64,000 nt of DNA from an uncultured Colwellia sp. (lineage in GTDB: Bacteria > Pseudomonadota > Gammaproteobacteria > Enterobacterales > Alteromonadaceae): contig CAJXUN010000025.1 of NCBI GenBank assembly GCA_913061475.1, forward strand, positions 1,427 through 65,426. Direction: 5' to 3'. The position numbers were made by a program, and so were the translations under genes. This document shows, piece by piece, positions 50,834 through 62,580 of the stretch. The notes under the pieces are model-generated. The model was given only the letters and a program-made list of their open reading frames with translations. It searched no databases and was not told where the DNA came from. Position 1 is the first letter of the stretch, and every line of letters begins with the position of its first letter.

Positions 50834-51379
50834 ATGATAACAATATCACGTTTACTTACTATTTTTTTCGCCATAACAACCAGCAACATAACAATGGCTG
50901 GAGCTGATAACTTTATCTCTGGCTCAGTGATCAAAAACTATGGCAAGCAGGCCAAAGTTCAGCAGGATCTTGATTTTGACAAAAGCATGATATTTAAAGT
51001 CGCTTTTGATATCAGTGAGCAAGGCAAGCTTGGTAAGATTAATCGACAAATTGAAACACTTGCTCGTTTTATCAATATGCATGTTGCCAATGGTGTGCCA
51101 GCAGAAAATATTCACTTAGCGTTAGTGGTGCACGGTAAAGCAGGATTTGATCTATTAAAGGGCGCGTTGTATCAAGAAAAATTCAACAGCAACAACGCTA
51201 ACAATGCACTTTTACAAGATTTAATGAAAAACCAAGTAGAAGTTTATTTATGTGGGCAATCGGCAGCATATTACGACATTACTAATCAACAACTAGAGCC
51301 AGGCGTAAAAATGGCCTTGTCAGCGATGACCGCTCATGCGGTTTTACATAAAAAGGGCTATAGCTTAAATCCATTTTAG
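50834..51379 (+). CDS. DsrE/DsrF-like family protein with a signal peptide
   Basis: The core resembles the DsrE fold (LALVVHGKAGFDLL, VYLCGQSAAYYDI, MTAHAVL). The N-terminus is hydrophobic and signal-like. Confidence 0.5.
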   Translation: MITISRLLTIFFAITTSNITMAGADNFISGSVIKNYGKQAKVQQDLDFDKSMIFKVAFDISEQGKLGKINRQIETLARFINMHVANGVPAENIHLALVVHGKAGFDLLKGALYQEKFNSNNANNALLQDLMKNQVEVYLCGQSAAYYDITNQQLEPGVKMALSAMTAHAVLHKKGYSLNPF

Positions 51380-51397
51380 CCTGCGCGATATTATAAG

Positions 51398-52330
51398 TTA
51401 TAGCGTGAACATCGTTGATAAGCCCCATAACCATAAAGGTAGGGTGACAATCGAGAATAACGTGGTGGTTACTACGGTGCCGGCAATCGTTTCTTGATGC
51501 TTTACTTGTTGCTTCGCAATCAAGTAGGCATTTACCCCGGTAGGGCTTGCACTTAAGATCACCAACGTCATGATTATTAGCGGCGAAAAATGAAAAATAT
51601 AATGGCTAGTTAGCAGCATCAAAGCAGGCAAAAGTACTAGCTTTAAGACGCTGGCAGACAGTATAAATTTTATTTCACGACGAATTTTATAAGCAGCTAG
51701 TGAGGCACCAAGTAAAAATAAGGCGAGTGTAATCGCAGGCTTACCTAAAAGTAGTAAACTGTCATTGATTATGCTCGGTAATTTCAATGTCATTAAGTTA
51801 ACTAAAAAACCGCTGGTTATGGCAATTAATAAGGGATTGTAAAAGGTTTGCTTGAGAAATACTCGCCAGTTAAATTGCTTAATGTTAACCGCTAGAACAC
51901 TCGTGAGACCAAATAACAAGGCACTATGTAAGCTAACAACAAGAAATACCGTCGGTAAAACTTGCTCACCTAGTACCATTAATGCCACTGGCATACCAAC
52001 AATGACGTTGTTCGAGTAACTTGCACCTAGGGCATAGACAGCGGAAGCAGGAAGGTCGCGCTGCAAGTGCAGATGAAAGAAGTAATTTATCAACCAAGCT
52101 AAGCCATAAACGACTAATACAGGGAAATAAAACGCGGCATAAATATTTAAATTTATTGTGCTGAGATCTGCATTAGCCAGTTGTTGAAATAAAAATGCCG
52201 GAATAGCCAGGTTGAAGGTGAATTTAGTTAAACCGTCAATTTGTACTTTGTTAAACCAAGCTTGTTTAGCTAATAAAAACCCCATAAAACCAATGATGAT
52301 TAGCGGGCTAATAAGCGTAATAATGGCCAT
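51398..52330 (-). CDS. AEC (auxin efflux carrier) family transporter
   Basis: The 310-aa protein has about 10 TM segments in the two-halves AEC layout. Confidence 0.8.
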   Translation of the reverse strand: MAIITLISPLIIIGFMGFLLAKQAWFNKVQIDGLTKFTFNLAIPAFLFQQLANADLSTINLNIYAAFYFPVLVVYGLAWLINYFFHLHLQRDLPASAVYALGASYSNNVIVGMPVALMVLGEQVLPTVFLVVSLHSALLFGLTSVLAVNIKQFNWRVFLKQTFYNPLLIAITSGFLVNLMTLKLPSIINDSLLLLGKPAITLALFLLGASLAAYKIRREIKFILSASVLKLVLLPALMLLTSHYIFHFSPLIIMTLVILSASPTGVNAYLIAKQQVKHQETIAGTVVTTTLFSIVTLPLWLWGLSTMFTL

Positions 52331-52414
52331 TAATAGTCCAGTTTATTGGCTGAACACGTCAGTATCGATAAACACGGTATTGGCAATATTATAATGTGAT
52401 AGTGCTTTAGGTTT

Positions 52415-52852
52415 TTAGTATTGATTTTCAAAGTAACTTTCTATGATCAGTTTTGCCGATTCGGCATCAATATTATCTTTTTTCAGGTTGCGGTAGCCGC
52501 CATCAGCAAACAAAGACTCTTTTGCGGTTGCTGTGGTTAAACGTTCATCTTGGAACTCAACCTTAATACCAAACCTTCCTGAGACTCGATTACCAAATTT
52601 TTTCGCATCAAGGGTTAATTGTTGCTCACTACCATCCATATTTAATGGTAAGCCGACGACAATAAAGTCAGGCTGCCATTCTTTAATGAATTTAGTCATG
52701 CCATCCCAATCCGGAATACCATCACGTGCTTTAATAGAGCCTAAAGGTGATGCTAAACCGGTTAACTCTTGGCCAATCGCGACACCAATATACTTTTTAC
52801 CAAAGTCAAAACCTATGATGGTGCGCTGACCAATTATTGCCTTACTCGCCAT
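52415..52852 (-). CDS. ruvX: Holliday-junction-resolvase-like nuclease YqgF/RuvX
   Basis: Motifs include [23 protein letters not shown] and DERLTT. Confidence 0.92.
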   Translation of the reverse strand: MASKAIIGQRTIIGFDFGKKYIGVAIGQELTGLASPLGSIKARDGIPDWDGMTKFIKEWQPDFIVVGLPLNMDGSEQQLTLDAKKFGNRVSGRFGIKVEFQDERLTTATAKESLFADGGYRNLKKDNIDAESAKLIIESYFENQY

Positions 52853-53406
52853 TATGCATGTCCAATTTCATTCGAAAGATGAGCCATATTGATACCCAAT
52901 TTTTCAGTAGCTTTTTTCCAGCGTTGCTCAATGGGGGTATCAAATAAAATATTGTCATCAGCAGGGGTTAATAACCAAGAATTCGCTTTAATTTCTTCTT
53001 CGAGCTGTCCTGGACCCCAACCCGCATAGCCCAACGTTACCATATACTTTTCTGGTGCTTCATCTGTTCCCAGTGCCATCAAAATATCTTTTGAGGTGGT
53101 GATCATTACATTCTCACTTAAGGCTAAAGAGCTATTCCAACCCGATTGGGTACTATGTAAAACAAATCCCCTATCTTGAGAAACTGGCCCTCCAGTTAAT
53201 ACTTGTTGAGCAAGCTCGGGCGCTTCTTCCTTCGCTTCATTAATTTGTACCAATAATTCATTTAGCGTGACATTAATTGGCAAGTTAATAATTAATCCCA
53301 TGGCGCCTTCGGCATTATGTTCACAAATATAAGTCACGGTTTTATTAAAGTAGGAGTCGTCTAAATTAGGCATAGCGATCAAAAGTTGATTCTCAAAACT
53401 ATCCAT
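52852..53406 (-). CDS. yqgE: YqgE/AlgH-family protein
   Basis: Motifs include [32 protein letters not shown] and [11 protein letters not shown]. Confidence 0.9.
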   Translation of the reverse strand: MDSFENQLLIAMPNLDDSYFNKTVTYICEHNAEGAMGLIINLPINVTLNELLVQINEAKEEAPELAQQVLTGGPVSQDRGFVLHSTQSGWNSSLALSENVMITTSKDILMALGTDEAPEKYMVTLGYAGWGPGQLEEEIKANSWLLTPADDNILFDTPIEQRWKKATEKLGINMAHLSNEIGHA

Positions 53407-53486
53407 AAATACACCTTAATGATCAGAAATTATAAGGGAAATACGCTAAATAAACTTACCTTTAGCGTCAGTTTTAGGTTTTGAAT

Positions 53487-54440
53487 TTAGCGCTTTCTAA
53501 TGTTTTGCTCGATGGCATCCATTAATTTTCCGCTGATGTTTATTGGGTATGCTGCTTCAATTTCTCGAATACAGGTTGGGCTAGTGACATTGATCTCAGT
53601 TACCTTGTCACCGATAACGTCTAAACCAACGAAAAATAAGCCACGTTTTTTTAGTTCTGGTGCGATAGTTTCAGCAATAAGTTTATCGCTAGCACTTAAT
53701 GGACGAGCTTCTCCGCGGCCACCTGCGGCTAAGTTACCACGTGTTTCTCCTTGTGCAGGAATACGAGCTAAACAGTAAGGCATAGGTTCGCCGTTAACGA
53801 TTAATATACGTTTATCACCATCAACAATTTCAGGCATGTACTCTTGAACCATAGCATATTGTGAAGAATGTGCCGTTAGCGTTTCGAGAATTACCCCAAC
53901 ATTAGGGTCATTTTCGCCGATACGGAAGATTGAAGAACCACCCATACCATCTAATGGCTTAATAATAATATCTTTGTTTTCTTTAAGAAACTCTCTAATT
54001 TTTTGGTTGTTGCGTGTTACTAAGGTTTTTGGTGTTAAATCTGGAAACCAAGCGGTAAATAATTTTTCATTACAATCGCGTAAACTTTGTGGTTTGTTAA
54101 CAATTAGGGTGCCAGCAATTTCTGCGCGCTCTAGCATGTACGTAGCGTAGATAAATTCAGTATCAAATGGTGGATCTTTACGCATAAGTACGGCGTCTAA
54201 ATCAGCGACATTGATATCTTCTTGAGCGTCCAGTTCATACCAATGATTAGTGTCATCAAATACTTTTATTTTCGCCGCAGTTGCTCGACAAACGCCTTGT
54301 TCTAAATAGAGATCCTGCATCTCCATATAATAAATTTCATAACCACGCGCTTGCGCTTCTAGCATCATCGCCATTGAAGAATCTTTTTGTACTTTGACCT
54401 CAGAAATAGGGTCCATTACCACGCCAATTTTTATGCTCAT
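53487..54440 (-). CDS. gshB: Glutathione synthetase
   Basis: It has an ATP-grasp fold, with motifs KIGVVMDPI, RKDPPFD, KPLDGMGG and GLDVIG. Confidence 0.95.
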   Translation of the reverse strand: MSIKIGVVMDPISEVKVQKDSSMAMMLEAQARGYEIYYMEMQDLYLEQGVCRATAAKIKVFDDTNHWYELDAQEDINVADLDAVLMRKDPPFDTEFIYATYMLERAEIAGTLIVNKPQSLRDCNEKLFTAWFPDLTPKTLVTRNNQKIREFLKENKDIIIKPLDGMGGSSIFRIGENDPNVGVILETLTAHSSQYAMVQEYMPEIVDGDKRILIVNGEPMPYCLARIPAQGETRGNLAAGGRGEARPLSASDKLIAETIAPELKKRGLFFVGLDVIGDKVTEINVTSPTCIREIEAAYPINISGKLMDAIEQNIRKR

Positions 54441-54473
54441 GTATTTTCCTAATTATCTTAATGTTTTTTGATA

Positions 54474-55220
54474 CTAAATTAAGTCACCGTAGCGACATTG
54501 CAAGGCGGTGATTGCTGTTAAAGCGGCTGTTTCGGTTCTAAGCACGCGAGGCCCAAGTAATACGTCGTGAAAGCCTGCGCCATTGGCCGTGGATATTTCA
54601 TCATTACTTAAACCACCCTCAGGACCAATCAGTAAACGCACACGATTATTCTCAATCGGTAGATTCATAATTGAATGCTGAGCTCTGGGGTGCAAATTTA
54701 ATTTTAAAGCTGAACTATCTTGTTGCAACCAATCATCGAGATAAATCGGCAGTGCTACAATAGGGACCGCGCATCGGCCACTTTGTTCACAAGCACTGAT
54801 GACTATTTTTTGCCATTGCTCATGTTTTTTTTCTAAACGCTCGCCGGTAAGCTTGACGCCGCAGCGCTCAGTAAATATCGGCGTAATCGTATTTACCCCT
54901 AATTCAACTGACTTTTGTAGCGTAAAGTCCATGCGATCACCGCGTGAAATACCTTGCCCTAAATGAATATTAAGAGGGGATTCATTTTCGACTTTATTTT
55001 TAGCGATAATTTCAATGTCAGCGCGCTTTTTACCGACATTACAAAGCTTAGCTTGGTATTCGTAATAGCTTTGTTGCTCTGCTACGCCGTTAAATAATGT
55101 GATTTCGTCGCCGTCTTTAAGGCGTAATACCCGTACAGTATGGCCAAAAGCGTCATCGCTTAATGCTTGCGTTTGACCTACTTCAAATGCTTGTGCTTGG
55201 TAAATACGAGGGTTACGCAT
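54474..55220 (-). CDS. rsmE: 16S rRNA (uracil1498-N3)-methyltransferase
   Basis: The N-terminus reads MRNPRIY. GPEGGL and LGPRVLRTETA are present in the SPOUT domain. Confidence 0.9.
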   Translation of the reverse strand: MRNPRIYQAQAFEVGQTQALSDDAFGHTVRVLRLKDGDEITLFNGVAEQQSYYEYQAKLCNVGKKRADIEIIAKNKVENESPLNIHLGQGISRGDRMDFTLQKSVELGVNTITPIFTERCGVKLTGERLEKKHEQWQKIVISACEQSGRCAVPIVALPIYLDDWLQQDSSALKLNLHPRAQHSIMNLPIENNRVRLLIGPEGGLSNDEISTANGAGFHDVLLGPRVLRTETAALTAITALQCRYGDLI

Positions 55221-55655
55221 AAAAAATGTCCATGTTTATCATTCGAGATCATAGGGTTAGCAATAGCTTTATTGATCATTTTAGTATCGATAAAGTGGCC
55301 AGTATGCTTTAAAACTGTCACAAACTATTGCTTCTAATATAGGTTGTAGATAAGGGCTACTCATCGAAAATTCAATTGTTTAGGGGAAAAATATTATATT
55401 ATTTTTTGTCATTAAAGCTAAAAAAGTCAACTCAGTATATTGAAAATTTTTAATGTCTATCAAGCTTATGTTTATTTGCACTGCCCAATGAATGAAAAAC
55501 TGTATTTAATATGTAACTAGAGCGAGTAAATCTTGAGAAAACATTGTTTTTGTTACTAATGTTTACGAAATTTCATACTGTACTATACTTTTTAATTATA
55601 AAAATAAAAGTCAACATTTGGCTGCACCATTCAAACCTCAAATAGGAGTTAGTTG

Positions 55656-56843
55656 ATGTTCACTCAACTGAATAATTTGTCAATTTTTTCATTTAAGTAT
55701 TTAGCAAAATATATTGTGGTAGCTATTTTCTCAGTTTTTATAATCGCGTGTGAGCAAAAGCAGCAAACTGCGCCGCCAGCGCCGCCGGCTGTTTCAACGT
55801 ATAAAGTATCAATGGACAAAGTTGGTAATTATCGTGAATTCGTTGCACGTACAGTCGCCTCAAAAAAAGCAGATTTAACCGCACGTGTTGAAGGCGAGCT
55901 AATTGAGCGATTGTTTAAAGAAGGCTCAGTGGTTAAAAAAGAACAAGTGCTATTAAAAATTGATCCAAAAACCTATATCACAGCACTAGAGTCAGCTAAG
56001 GCTGATTTAGCCAGTAAAGTTGCTGGTGCAGAAGGAGCAGCTCGAGATTTAAAACGGGGTAAAGAAGTTGCCGGCCAAGGTTATATTTCGCAATCTGATC
56101 TTGATAAATTAACCACCAAAGACTCGCAAGCACAAGCCGCTGTAAATGTCGCCCAAGCAGCATTGGAGCAAGCTGAACTTAATCTTAGTTATACTACCAT
56201 TAAAGCGCCGTTCACTGGACATATAGGTAAAGCAAACTTTAGTGTTGGTAATATTGTTGGTCCAAATAGCGGTGCATTGGCAGCACTCACGGCCACTGAT
56301 CCGATGTATGTCAGTTTTGGTGTCGAAGAAAGTGAATTTATTTCATACATCCAAGACAAACGCGCGAATAATGAAATAGCAGATGAATTGGATATCAGTT
56401 TAAGGTTACCCAATAACACCATTTATGCCGAGAAAGGAAAAATAGTATTTGCTGACACTAAAATAGAACAGGGTATGGGTAATGTTGAATTGAGAGCAAT
56501 ATTTGATAACCCGAATGACATTATTCTCCCAGGTCTTTTTGTTACTTTAGTAGCTGAAAGTAAAGATAAAAATAGTATGGCGTTAATTCCTCAAGCGGCG
56601 GTTCAAGAAAATCAACAAGGTAAGTTTGTGTTGATCGTTGATAGCGATAACAAAGTAGCACAGCGCATTGTAACTTTAGGCCGACGGATTAATGCAATGT
56701 GGCTGGTTGAGTCTGGCCTAGAAGAGCATGAACGTGTGATCATAGAGGGGCTGCAAAAAGTACGTAATGGTATTGAAGTCGCCCCCGTAGACAAACGAGT
56801 AAACGCGCTCACTGGTGTTATTTCTGATTATTTGACAGAGTAA
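55656..56843 (+). CDS. RND efflux periplasmic adaptor (membrane fusion protein)
   Basis: It has a lipobox-like IIAC, a coiled-coil hairpin region, and the motif [13 protein letters not shown]. The ATG has AGGAG 7 nt upstream. Confidence 0.9.
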   Translation: MFTQLNNLSIFSFKYLAKYIVVAIFSVFIIACEQKQQTAPPAPPAVSTYKVSMDKVGNYREFVARTVASKKADLTARVEGELIERLFKEGSVVKKEQVLLKIDPKTYITALESAKADLASKVAGAEGAARDLKRGKEVAGQGYISQSDLDKLTTKDSQAQAAVNVAQAALEQAELNLSYTTIKAPFTGHIGKANFSVGNIVGPNSGALAALTATDPMYVSFGVEESEFISYIQDKRANNEIADELDISLRLPNNTIYAEKGKIVFADTKIEQGMGNVELRAIFDNPNDIILPGLFVTLVAESKDKNSMALIPQAAVQENQQGKFVLIVDSDNKVAQRIVTLGRRINAMWLVESGLEEHERVIIEGLQKVRNGIEVAPVDKRVNALTGVISDYLTE

Positions 56844-56853
56844 GGGGCAAATA

Positions 56854-59800
56854 ATGATCAGCAAAACATTTATTAATCGACCTAAATTTGCCTTTGTTAT
56901 TTCTATTTTGATCTCCTTAGCTGGCTTAATTGCAATGCTAATATTACCGGTCAATATGTACCCTCAGATCACGCCTCCACAAGTTCAGATCACCGCGGTA
57001 TATCCGGGTGCAAGTGCGCAAGTTGTCGAAGAGTCGGTGATAAGACCGATTGAAGAACAGGTTAATGGTGTGGAGGATATGCTTTATATCGAATCAACAG
57101 CATCAAATAACGGCACCGCCACCATTACCGTATTTTTTAAAGTTGGCATTGATGATGATATTGCACAAGTTAATGTGCAAAACCGTGTAGCATTAGCGCA
57201 GAGCTCACTGCCGAGTGAAGTTACGAAACAAGGAGTAAGTGTTAAGAAAAAATCTAGCTCGATGTTGATGGCAATAACGCTATATTCAGAGCAAGAGAAT
57301 ATTGACCAATTGTTTCTAAGTAACTATGCCACCAACTACTTAACAGAGCCTTTAGGGCGGATAAAAGGGGTTGCTGCCGCATCTGTGATGGGCGAAATGA
57401 GCTACAGTATGCGAGCTTGGTTAAACCCTGATCGTATGACGTCATTAGGCATTACAGTTACAGAAGTTCAGCAGGCATTGAAAGAGCAAAACTTAATTGT
57501 CGCTGCCGGTAAATTAGGTGGCAGCCCAACGCTACCAAATCAACAGTTTGAATATTCTATTCAAGCAAAAGGGCGACTGAAAACTCCTGAAGAGTTTTCT
57601 CAAACCATTATTCGTGCTAATTCAGACGGCAGGTTTATCCGCTTAGGTGATATCGCCCGGCTTGAATTAGGCTCTGAAAATTATGACGTACAAGCACGTT
57701 TAAACGGCAAAGAAACCGCTTTTCTTGTCATTTATCAGTTACCAGATGCTAACGCAACAGAAGTTGCCAGTCTAGTTAAGCAGGAAATGGATAAGCTATC
57801 GCAAAGGTTCCCTGACGGTTTGGAATACGCCATTCCCTATGATACTACCGAATTTATTGTCCGTTCAATTGAAGAAGTACAAATAACACTTTACCAAGCC
57901 GTAGGTTTGGTCATTTTGGTGGTTTTTTTATTCTTACAAAACTGGCGCGCAACCATCATTCCATCTATTGCTATTCCGGTATCGTTAATTGGTACGTTTG
58001 CCTTTATGCAACTCATGGGCTATTCAATTAACACCATTACTTTGTTTGGTTTGGTGTTAGCCATAGGTATAGTGGTTGATGATGCTATTATTGTTATTGA
58101 AAACGTCGAACGTATTCTTAAAGAGGAAGGCTTACCTATTAAGGAAGCGGTCACTAAAGCAATGGAGCAAGTTTCAGGGCCAATCATTGCTACCACATTA
58201 GTATTACTTGCTGTTTTTGTTCCTGTGGCCTTTATGCCCGGTATCACCGGTGAATTGTACAAACAATTCTCTGTTACTATTTCTTTTGCGGTATTGATTT
58301 CATCAATTAACGCTTTAACGTTAAGTCCAGCTTTGTGCACCGTGTTGTTAAGTGCAGAAAAAATGAAACCCGTACGTTGGTTAATCCCTTTTGAGCGATT
58401 AATTTCGCGAGTGACAATATCATATACTGGTGGCGTTAATTTTTTGTTAAAACGCGCTGTGCGTATTGGTGTACTCGTGCTGATAATGTTTGGAACAACA
58501 GCATGGATAACGAGTGAAGTACCGACCGCTTTTATTCCAGATGAAGACCAAGGCTATTTATTCTTGGATGTACAGTTACCTGACGCCGCATCTTCTAACC
58601 GTACTGAAGCTTTGCTAGCGAAAATCACACCAATCATTCAGCAAGACCCTGCAGTAACTGACGTTATAATGGTTTCAGGTTCATCGTTATTAGGTGGTGC
58701 CGGTTCAAATAATGCATTAGGTATTATTATGCTGAAAGATTGGGAAGAACGTACAAGTCCTGAGTTGAAATTAAGATCGACTATAGGTCGTTTAATGGGA
58801 CAACTTTGGGCAATGCCAGATGCTCAAATTATGATTTTTAACCCACCGCCAATTCCCGGTTTAGGAACAAGTTCAGGTTTTGAATTTAAGTTACAAGATA
58901 GCGAAAATCGAAGTCCTGCTAGTTTAGCACAGGTGATGAATGGTTTGATTTTTGATGCTAATCAACGACCTGAATTGAGTCGCGTATATAGTACATACCG
59001 CGCTAATGTGCCGCAGTATTTTCTAGAAGTCGATCGCAATAAAGCGAAAGCACAAGGTGTGGCGTTATCAGATATTTTTGTTACCTTGCAGGCACAACTC
59101 GGGTCAATGTACGTTAATGACTTTAGCCAATTTGGTCGCACTTATAAAGTAACCTTACAAGCTGAAGCTGAGTTTCGTAAAGAGCCTGCTGATTTACGTC
59201 ATTATTATGTGCGTAATAGTGCTAAAGAGATGGTAGCTCTTACAACCTTGGCTAAACTTACGCCGATTTTAGGACCAACAAGTATTAGCCATTTTAACTT
59301 GTATCGTAGTGCTGCTATTAGTGGTCAAGCAGCTCCTGGGTATTCTTCTGGTCAAGCTATTGCGGCGATGGAAGCACTAGCGAGCAACTTACCTCAAGGT
59401 TATGTTTATGAGTGGTCGGGGCAATCAAAACAAGAAATTGAAGCTGGCAATTTAGCACCAATTTTATTTTCTTTAGCGATTGTTTTTGTCTATCTGTTTT
59501 TAGTGGCGCAATACGAAAGTTGGACAATCCCATTTTCTGTTATCGCGGCGGTGCCATTAGCTATTTTAGGAGCTATGTTGGCATTGTATAGTTTAGGTCT
59601 GGCAAATAATATTTATGCTCAAGTTGGTTTGATATTACTTATAGGGCTATCGACTAAAACCGCGATATTAATTGTTGAGTTTGCGATGGAGCAACGTGCG
59701 GCAGGTTGCAGTGTTTTAGATGCAGCACTTAATGCCGCTCGTTTACGTTTTCGGGCAGTGCTAATGACAGCATTATCTTTTATTTTAGGCGTATTACCGC

Positions 59801-59985
59801 TTGTATTTGCCTCAGGGGCCGGCGCAGGAAGTCGCATTTCTTTAGGTGTTACTGTATTGGCCGGCATGATTGCTGCGACGTTATTTGGCACCTTATTAGT
59901 GCCATATTTTTATATGATTATTCAACGTATGCGTGAATACATTAAAGGTGAGGCAAAGCCAGAAGTACAAGAGGTAAATAATTAG
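56854..59985 (+). CDS. RND efflux permease (AcrB/HAE1-like)
   Basis: The 1043-aa protein has 12 TM segments and two large periplasmic loops. Motifs include [10 protein letters not shown] and [16 protein letters not shown]. Confidence 0.95.
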   Translation: MISKTFINRPKFAFVISILISLAGLIAMLILPVNMYPQITPPQVQITAVYPGASAQVVEESVIRPIEEQVNGVEDMLYIESTASNNGTATITVFFKVGIDDDIAQVNVQNRVALAQSSLPSEVTKQGVSVKKKSSSMLMAITLYSEQENIDQLFLSNYATNYLTEPLGRIKGVAAASVMGEMSYSMRAWLNPDRMTSLGITVTEVQQALKEQNLIVAAGKLGGSPTLPNQQFEYSIQAKGRLKTPEEFSQTIIRANSDGRFIRLGDIARLELGSENYDVQARLNGKETAFLVIYQLPDANATEVASLVKQEMDKLSQRFPDGLEYAIPYDTTEFIVRSIEEVQITLYQAVGLVILVVFLFLQNWRATIIPSIAIPVSLIGTFAFMQLMGYSINTITLFGLVLAIGIVVDDAIIVIENVERILKEEGLPIKEAVTKAMEQVSGPIIATTLVLLAVFVPVAFMPGITGELYKQFSVTISFAVLISSINALTLSPALCTVLLSAEKMKPVRWLIPFERLISRVTISYTGGVNFLLKRAVRIGVLVLIMFGTTAWITSEVPTAFIPDEDQGYLFLDVQLPDAASSNRTEALLAKITPIIQQDPAVTDVIMVSGSSLLGGAGSNNALGIIMLKDWEERTSPELKLRSTIGRLMGQLWAMPDAQIMIFNPPPIPGLGTSSGFEFKLQDSENRSPASLAQVMNGLIFDANQRPELSRVYSTYRANVPQYFLEVDRNKAKAQGVALSDIFVTLQAQLGSMYVNDFSQFGRTYKVTLQAEAEFRKEPADLRHYYVRNSAKEMVALTTLAKLTPILGPTSISHFNLYRSAAISGQAAPGYSSGQAIAAMEALASNLPQGYVYEWSGQSKQEIEAGNLAPILFSLAIVFVYLFLVAQYESWTIPFSVIAAVPLAILGAMLALYSLGLANNIYAQVGLILLIGLSTKTAILIVEFAMEQRAAGCSVLDAALNAARLRFRAVLMTALSFILGVLPLVFASGAGAGSRISLGVTVLAGMIAATLFGTLLVPYFYMIIQRMREYIKGEAKPEVQEVNN

Positions 59986-60121
59986 CAATTATGCCTTACT
60001 GAGATTTAGAAAGCAGAGATAAAATAAATTGAGTAAAGGGATTAACAAGCGTTTTTAAAAACTATTTTATGCCTGTTAATCCTATTTTATCGCGATATGA
60101 CGAGAACTGAGCAGACTTAAT

Positions 60122-60151
60122 AAAAAAAACCGCTCAATGAGCGGTTTTTTA
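60122..60151. terminator. Bidirectional terminator between the convergent RND permease and metK
   Basis: A8-ACCGCTC-AAT-GAGCGGT-T6. Confidence 0.9.
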
Positions 60152-60183
60152 TGTTTAACTTTAACGCTTTTTTACGACGCGTA

Positions 60184-61371
60184 TTAGATGCCGGCAGCTA
60201 AACGCAGCGCTTCGGCTCTATCGGTTTTTTCCCAACTAAACGCGGTAAACGTATCATCACCTACGGTCATTTCAAAAGGTTCACGGCCAAAGTGACCATA
60301 GGCAGCGGTTTGCTTATACATAGGATGCAGCAAATCTAACATTTTAGTGATGCCGTATGGACGTAAGTCAAAATGTTCACGCACAAGTTCAACCAAACGC
60401 TGCTCAGATACTTTACCTGTGCCAAAGGTATCAATTGAGATTGATGTTGGCTCAGCAACACCAATAGCATAAGAAATTTGAATTTCACAACGATCAGCTA
60501 AACCGGCAGCAACGATATTTTTTGCCACATAACGGCCAGCATAAGCTGCACTGCGATCAACTTTTGATGGATCTTTACCTGAAAATGCACCACCACCGTG
60601 ACGAGCCATGCCGCCATAGGTATCAACAATGATTTTACGACCGGTTAAGCCACAATCGCCTACAGGACCACCTATAACAAATCGACCGGTTGGGTTGATA
60701 TGATATTTAGTATCTTTAGTTAATAACTCTTCTGGCAAAACATGTTTAATTATGTTTTCCATCACAGCATTGTGCAAATCTTCTTGCTTGATATCAGGGT
60801 TATGTTGCGTTGACAATACAACAGTATCAATGGCTACGGGCTTGTTATCTTCATAAATAAAAGTAACTTGGCTTTTCGCATCAGGACGCAACCAAGGTAA
60901 GACACCAGATTTTCGAGCTTCAGCCTGGCGCTCAACTAAACGATGCGAATAGTATAAGGGCGCTGGCATCAATGTTTCAGTTTCATTGGTGGCGTAACCA
61001 AACATTAAACCTTGGTCACCAGCACCTTGATCTTCAGGTTTTACGCGGTCAACACCTTGAGCAATTTCAGGTGACTGTTGGCCAATTAAATTCATAATGC
61101 CACAGGTTTCGCCATCAAAGCCAACATCTGAGGAGGTATAGCCAATATCAGAAATAACATCACGAGTGATTTTTTCTAAATCTACCCATGCAGATGTAGT
61201 AACTTCACCTGAAATAATAGCAACACCAGTTTTTACCATAGTTTCGCAGGCTACACGTGCATGCTTGTCTTTGGCAATAATAGCATCTAAAACCGCATCA
61301 GAAATTTGATCGGCAATTTTATCCGGATGTCCTTCTGATACTGACTCAGAAGTAAAAAGGTGTGTAGACAT
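60184..61371 (-). CDS. metK: S-adenosylmethionine synthetase
   Basis: Motifs include [25 protein letters not shown] and [16 protein letters not shown]. Confidence 0.97.
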   Translation of the reverse strand: MSTHLFTSESVSEGHPDKIADQISDAVLDAIIAKDKHARVACETMVKTGVAIISGEVTTSAWVDLEKITRDVISDIGYTSSDVGFDGETCGIMNLIGQQSPEIAQGVDRVKPEDQGAGDQGLMFGYATNETETLMPAPLYYSHRLVERQAEARKSGVLPWLRPDAKSQVTFIYEDNKPVAIDTVVLSTQHNPDIKQEDLHNAVMENIIKHVLPEELLTKDTKYHINPTGRFVIGGPVGDCGLTGRKIIVDTYGGMARHGGGAFSGKDPSKVDRSAAYAGRYVAKNIVAAGLADRCEIQISYAIGVAEPTSISIDTFGTGKVSEQRLVELVREHFDLRPYGITKMLDLLHPMYKQTAAYGHFGREPFEMTVGDDTFTAFSWEKTDRAEALRLAAGI

Positions 61372-61447
61372 AAACCCTCTGTATAAATTAACTGTAAAAC
61401 TTAATAGCGATAGTCTAACTGTTTCGCAAACTATTTCCTACCATTAT

Positions 61448-61471
61448 TTACGCCTAGATGGCTAAACGTCT
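61448..61471 (-). promoter_or_regulatory. Candidate MetJ operator (three tandem 8-bp metboxes) upstream of metK
   Basis: TTACGCCT-AGATGGCT-AAACGTCT match the palindromic consensus AGACGTCT at 5, 6 and 7 of 8 positions. They lie 77-100 bp upstream of the metK start. Confidence 0.4.
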
Positions 61472-61534
61472 TTGACTGCTGTTTTTTGCGGCCCTAATGT
61501 TTCTTTGACATTAGTGTCGCCTAATAATAACTGC

Positions 61535-62389
61535 TCAGGGATAGTGTTTTAACTGCAGAGGACGCTGCCAAATATGACTAAAAAGTGCTTGTTGTTTTGA
61601 GCAATGCATCGAGCTATAAAATGCTTTTGTACCTAAACGACTATTAGAATTGATTAGTTGATGTAATTTCAGCTGTCGTTGTAGTTGCTCGGTTACCGGT
61701 TGAGCCGTTTCCATAATGACCACGTCATTGCCGCATATATCTTTAATTAGATCACTTACTAACGGGTAATGGGTGCAGCCTAACACGATAGTATCAACAC
61801 CTTTGGCTAACAGTGGTAATAAATAAGCGTTCAATAATGATTTGCACTCAGCCGTGTTTTTTTTATCTTGTTCAATAAGTTCGACTAAACCTGGGCAGGG
61901 TTGTATGGTCACTTGCGTGTTATAGCTATATTGTCCGACTAACGCTAAAAAACGTTGGTTTTCAGCGGTCGCTTTGGTGACTAAGATGGCTATTTTTTTA
62001 TTTTTGCTTAAATTGGCTGCCGGTTTTATCGCTGGCTCAACGCCAATAACAGGCATTGAAATGGTTTGACGTAACTGGTCTATCGCATTAACAGTCGCGG
62101 TATTACAAGCTACAACAATGGCTTTAACGTTACGCTCAATAAACCATTGGGCAATTTCATTTACCCGTTGTTGAATAAATTGTGGTGACTTTTCACCATA
62201 AGGTGCATGCAGCGTATCGGCGACATAGAGCAAATTTTCATTAGGTAATTGTTTTTCAATACATTGGGCGATGGACAAACCGCCAACACCGGAATCAAAT
62301 ATACCAATGGCATCAGTATTCACCGCAGGGCGTTCATTTTTCAAAGTTAAATTGGCTGTTTGTATATCGATGTTATTTTGCAAAAGCAT
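61535..62389 (-). CDS. murI: Glutamate racemase
   Basis: Motifs include IGIFDSGVGGLS, VVACNTA and LGCTHYP. Confidence 0.93.
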   Translation of the reverse strand: MLLQNNIDIQTANLTLKNERPAVNTDAIGIFDSGVGGLSIAQCIEKQLPNENLLYVADTLHAPYGEKSPQFIQQRVNEIAQWFIERNVKAIVVACNTATVNAIDQLRQTISMPVIGVEPAIKPAANLSKNKKIAILVTKATAENQRFLALVGQYSYNTQVTIQPCPGLVELIEQDKKNTAECKSLLNAYLLPLLAKGVDTIVLGCTHYPLVSDLIKDICGNDVVIMETAQPVTEQLQRQLKLHQLINSNSRLGTKAFYSSMHCSKQQALFSHIWQRPLQLKHYP

Positions 62390-62580
62390 TAATAAGCGCA
62401 GCTTTAAGTCGTGATGTAGTTAGTTGTGCTAAGTATATTATTAACTGGCAAATAAGGTCTATATATTAATAACAAAGTTAGTTTTTATTCAGGATTTTAA
62501 CTATATAAATAATAATGTTTGTATAGTTTTTTGTTTATATTTAAACTCATCTTTAATGGTAAGTGGTTACAGGAAGTTCG

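Noticed and set aside
61372-61534. I looked for a SAM riboswitch in the metK leader.
   Set aside because: I could not trace a conserved four-way junction or pseudoknot pattern. Gammaproteobacteria normally use MetJ instead.
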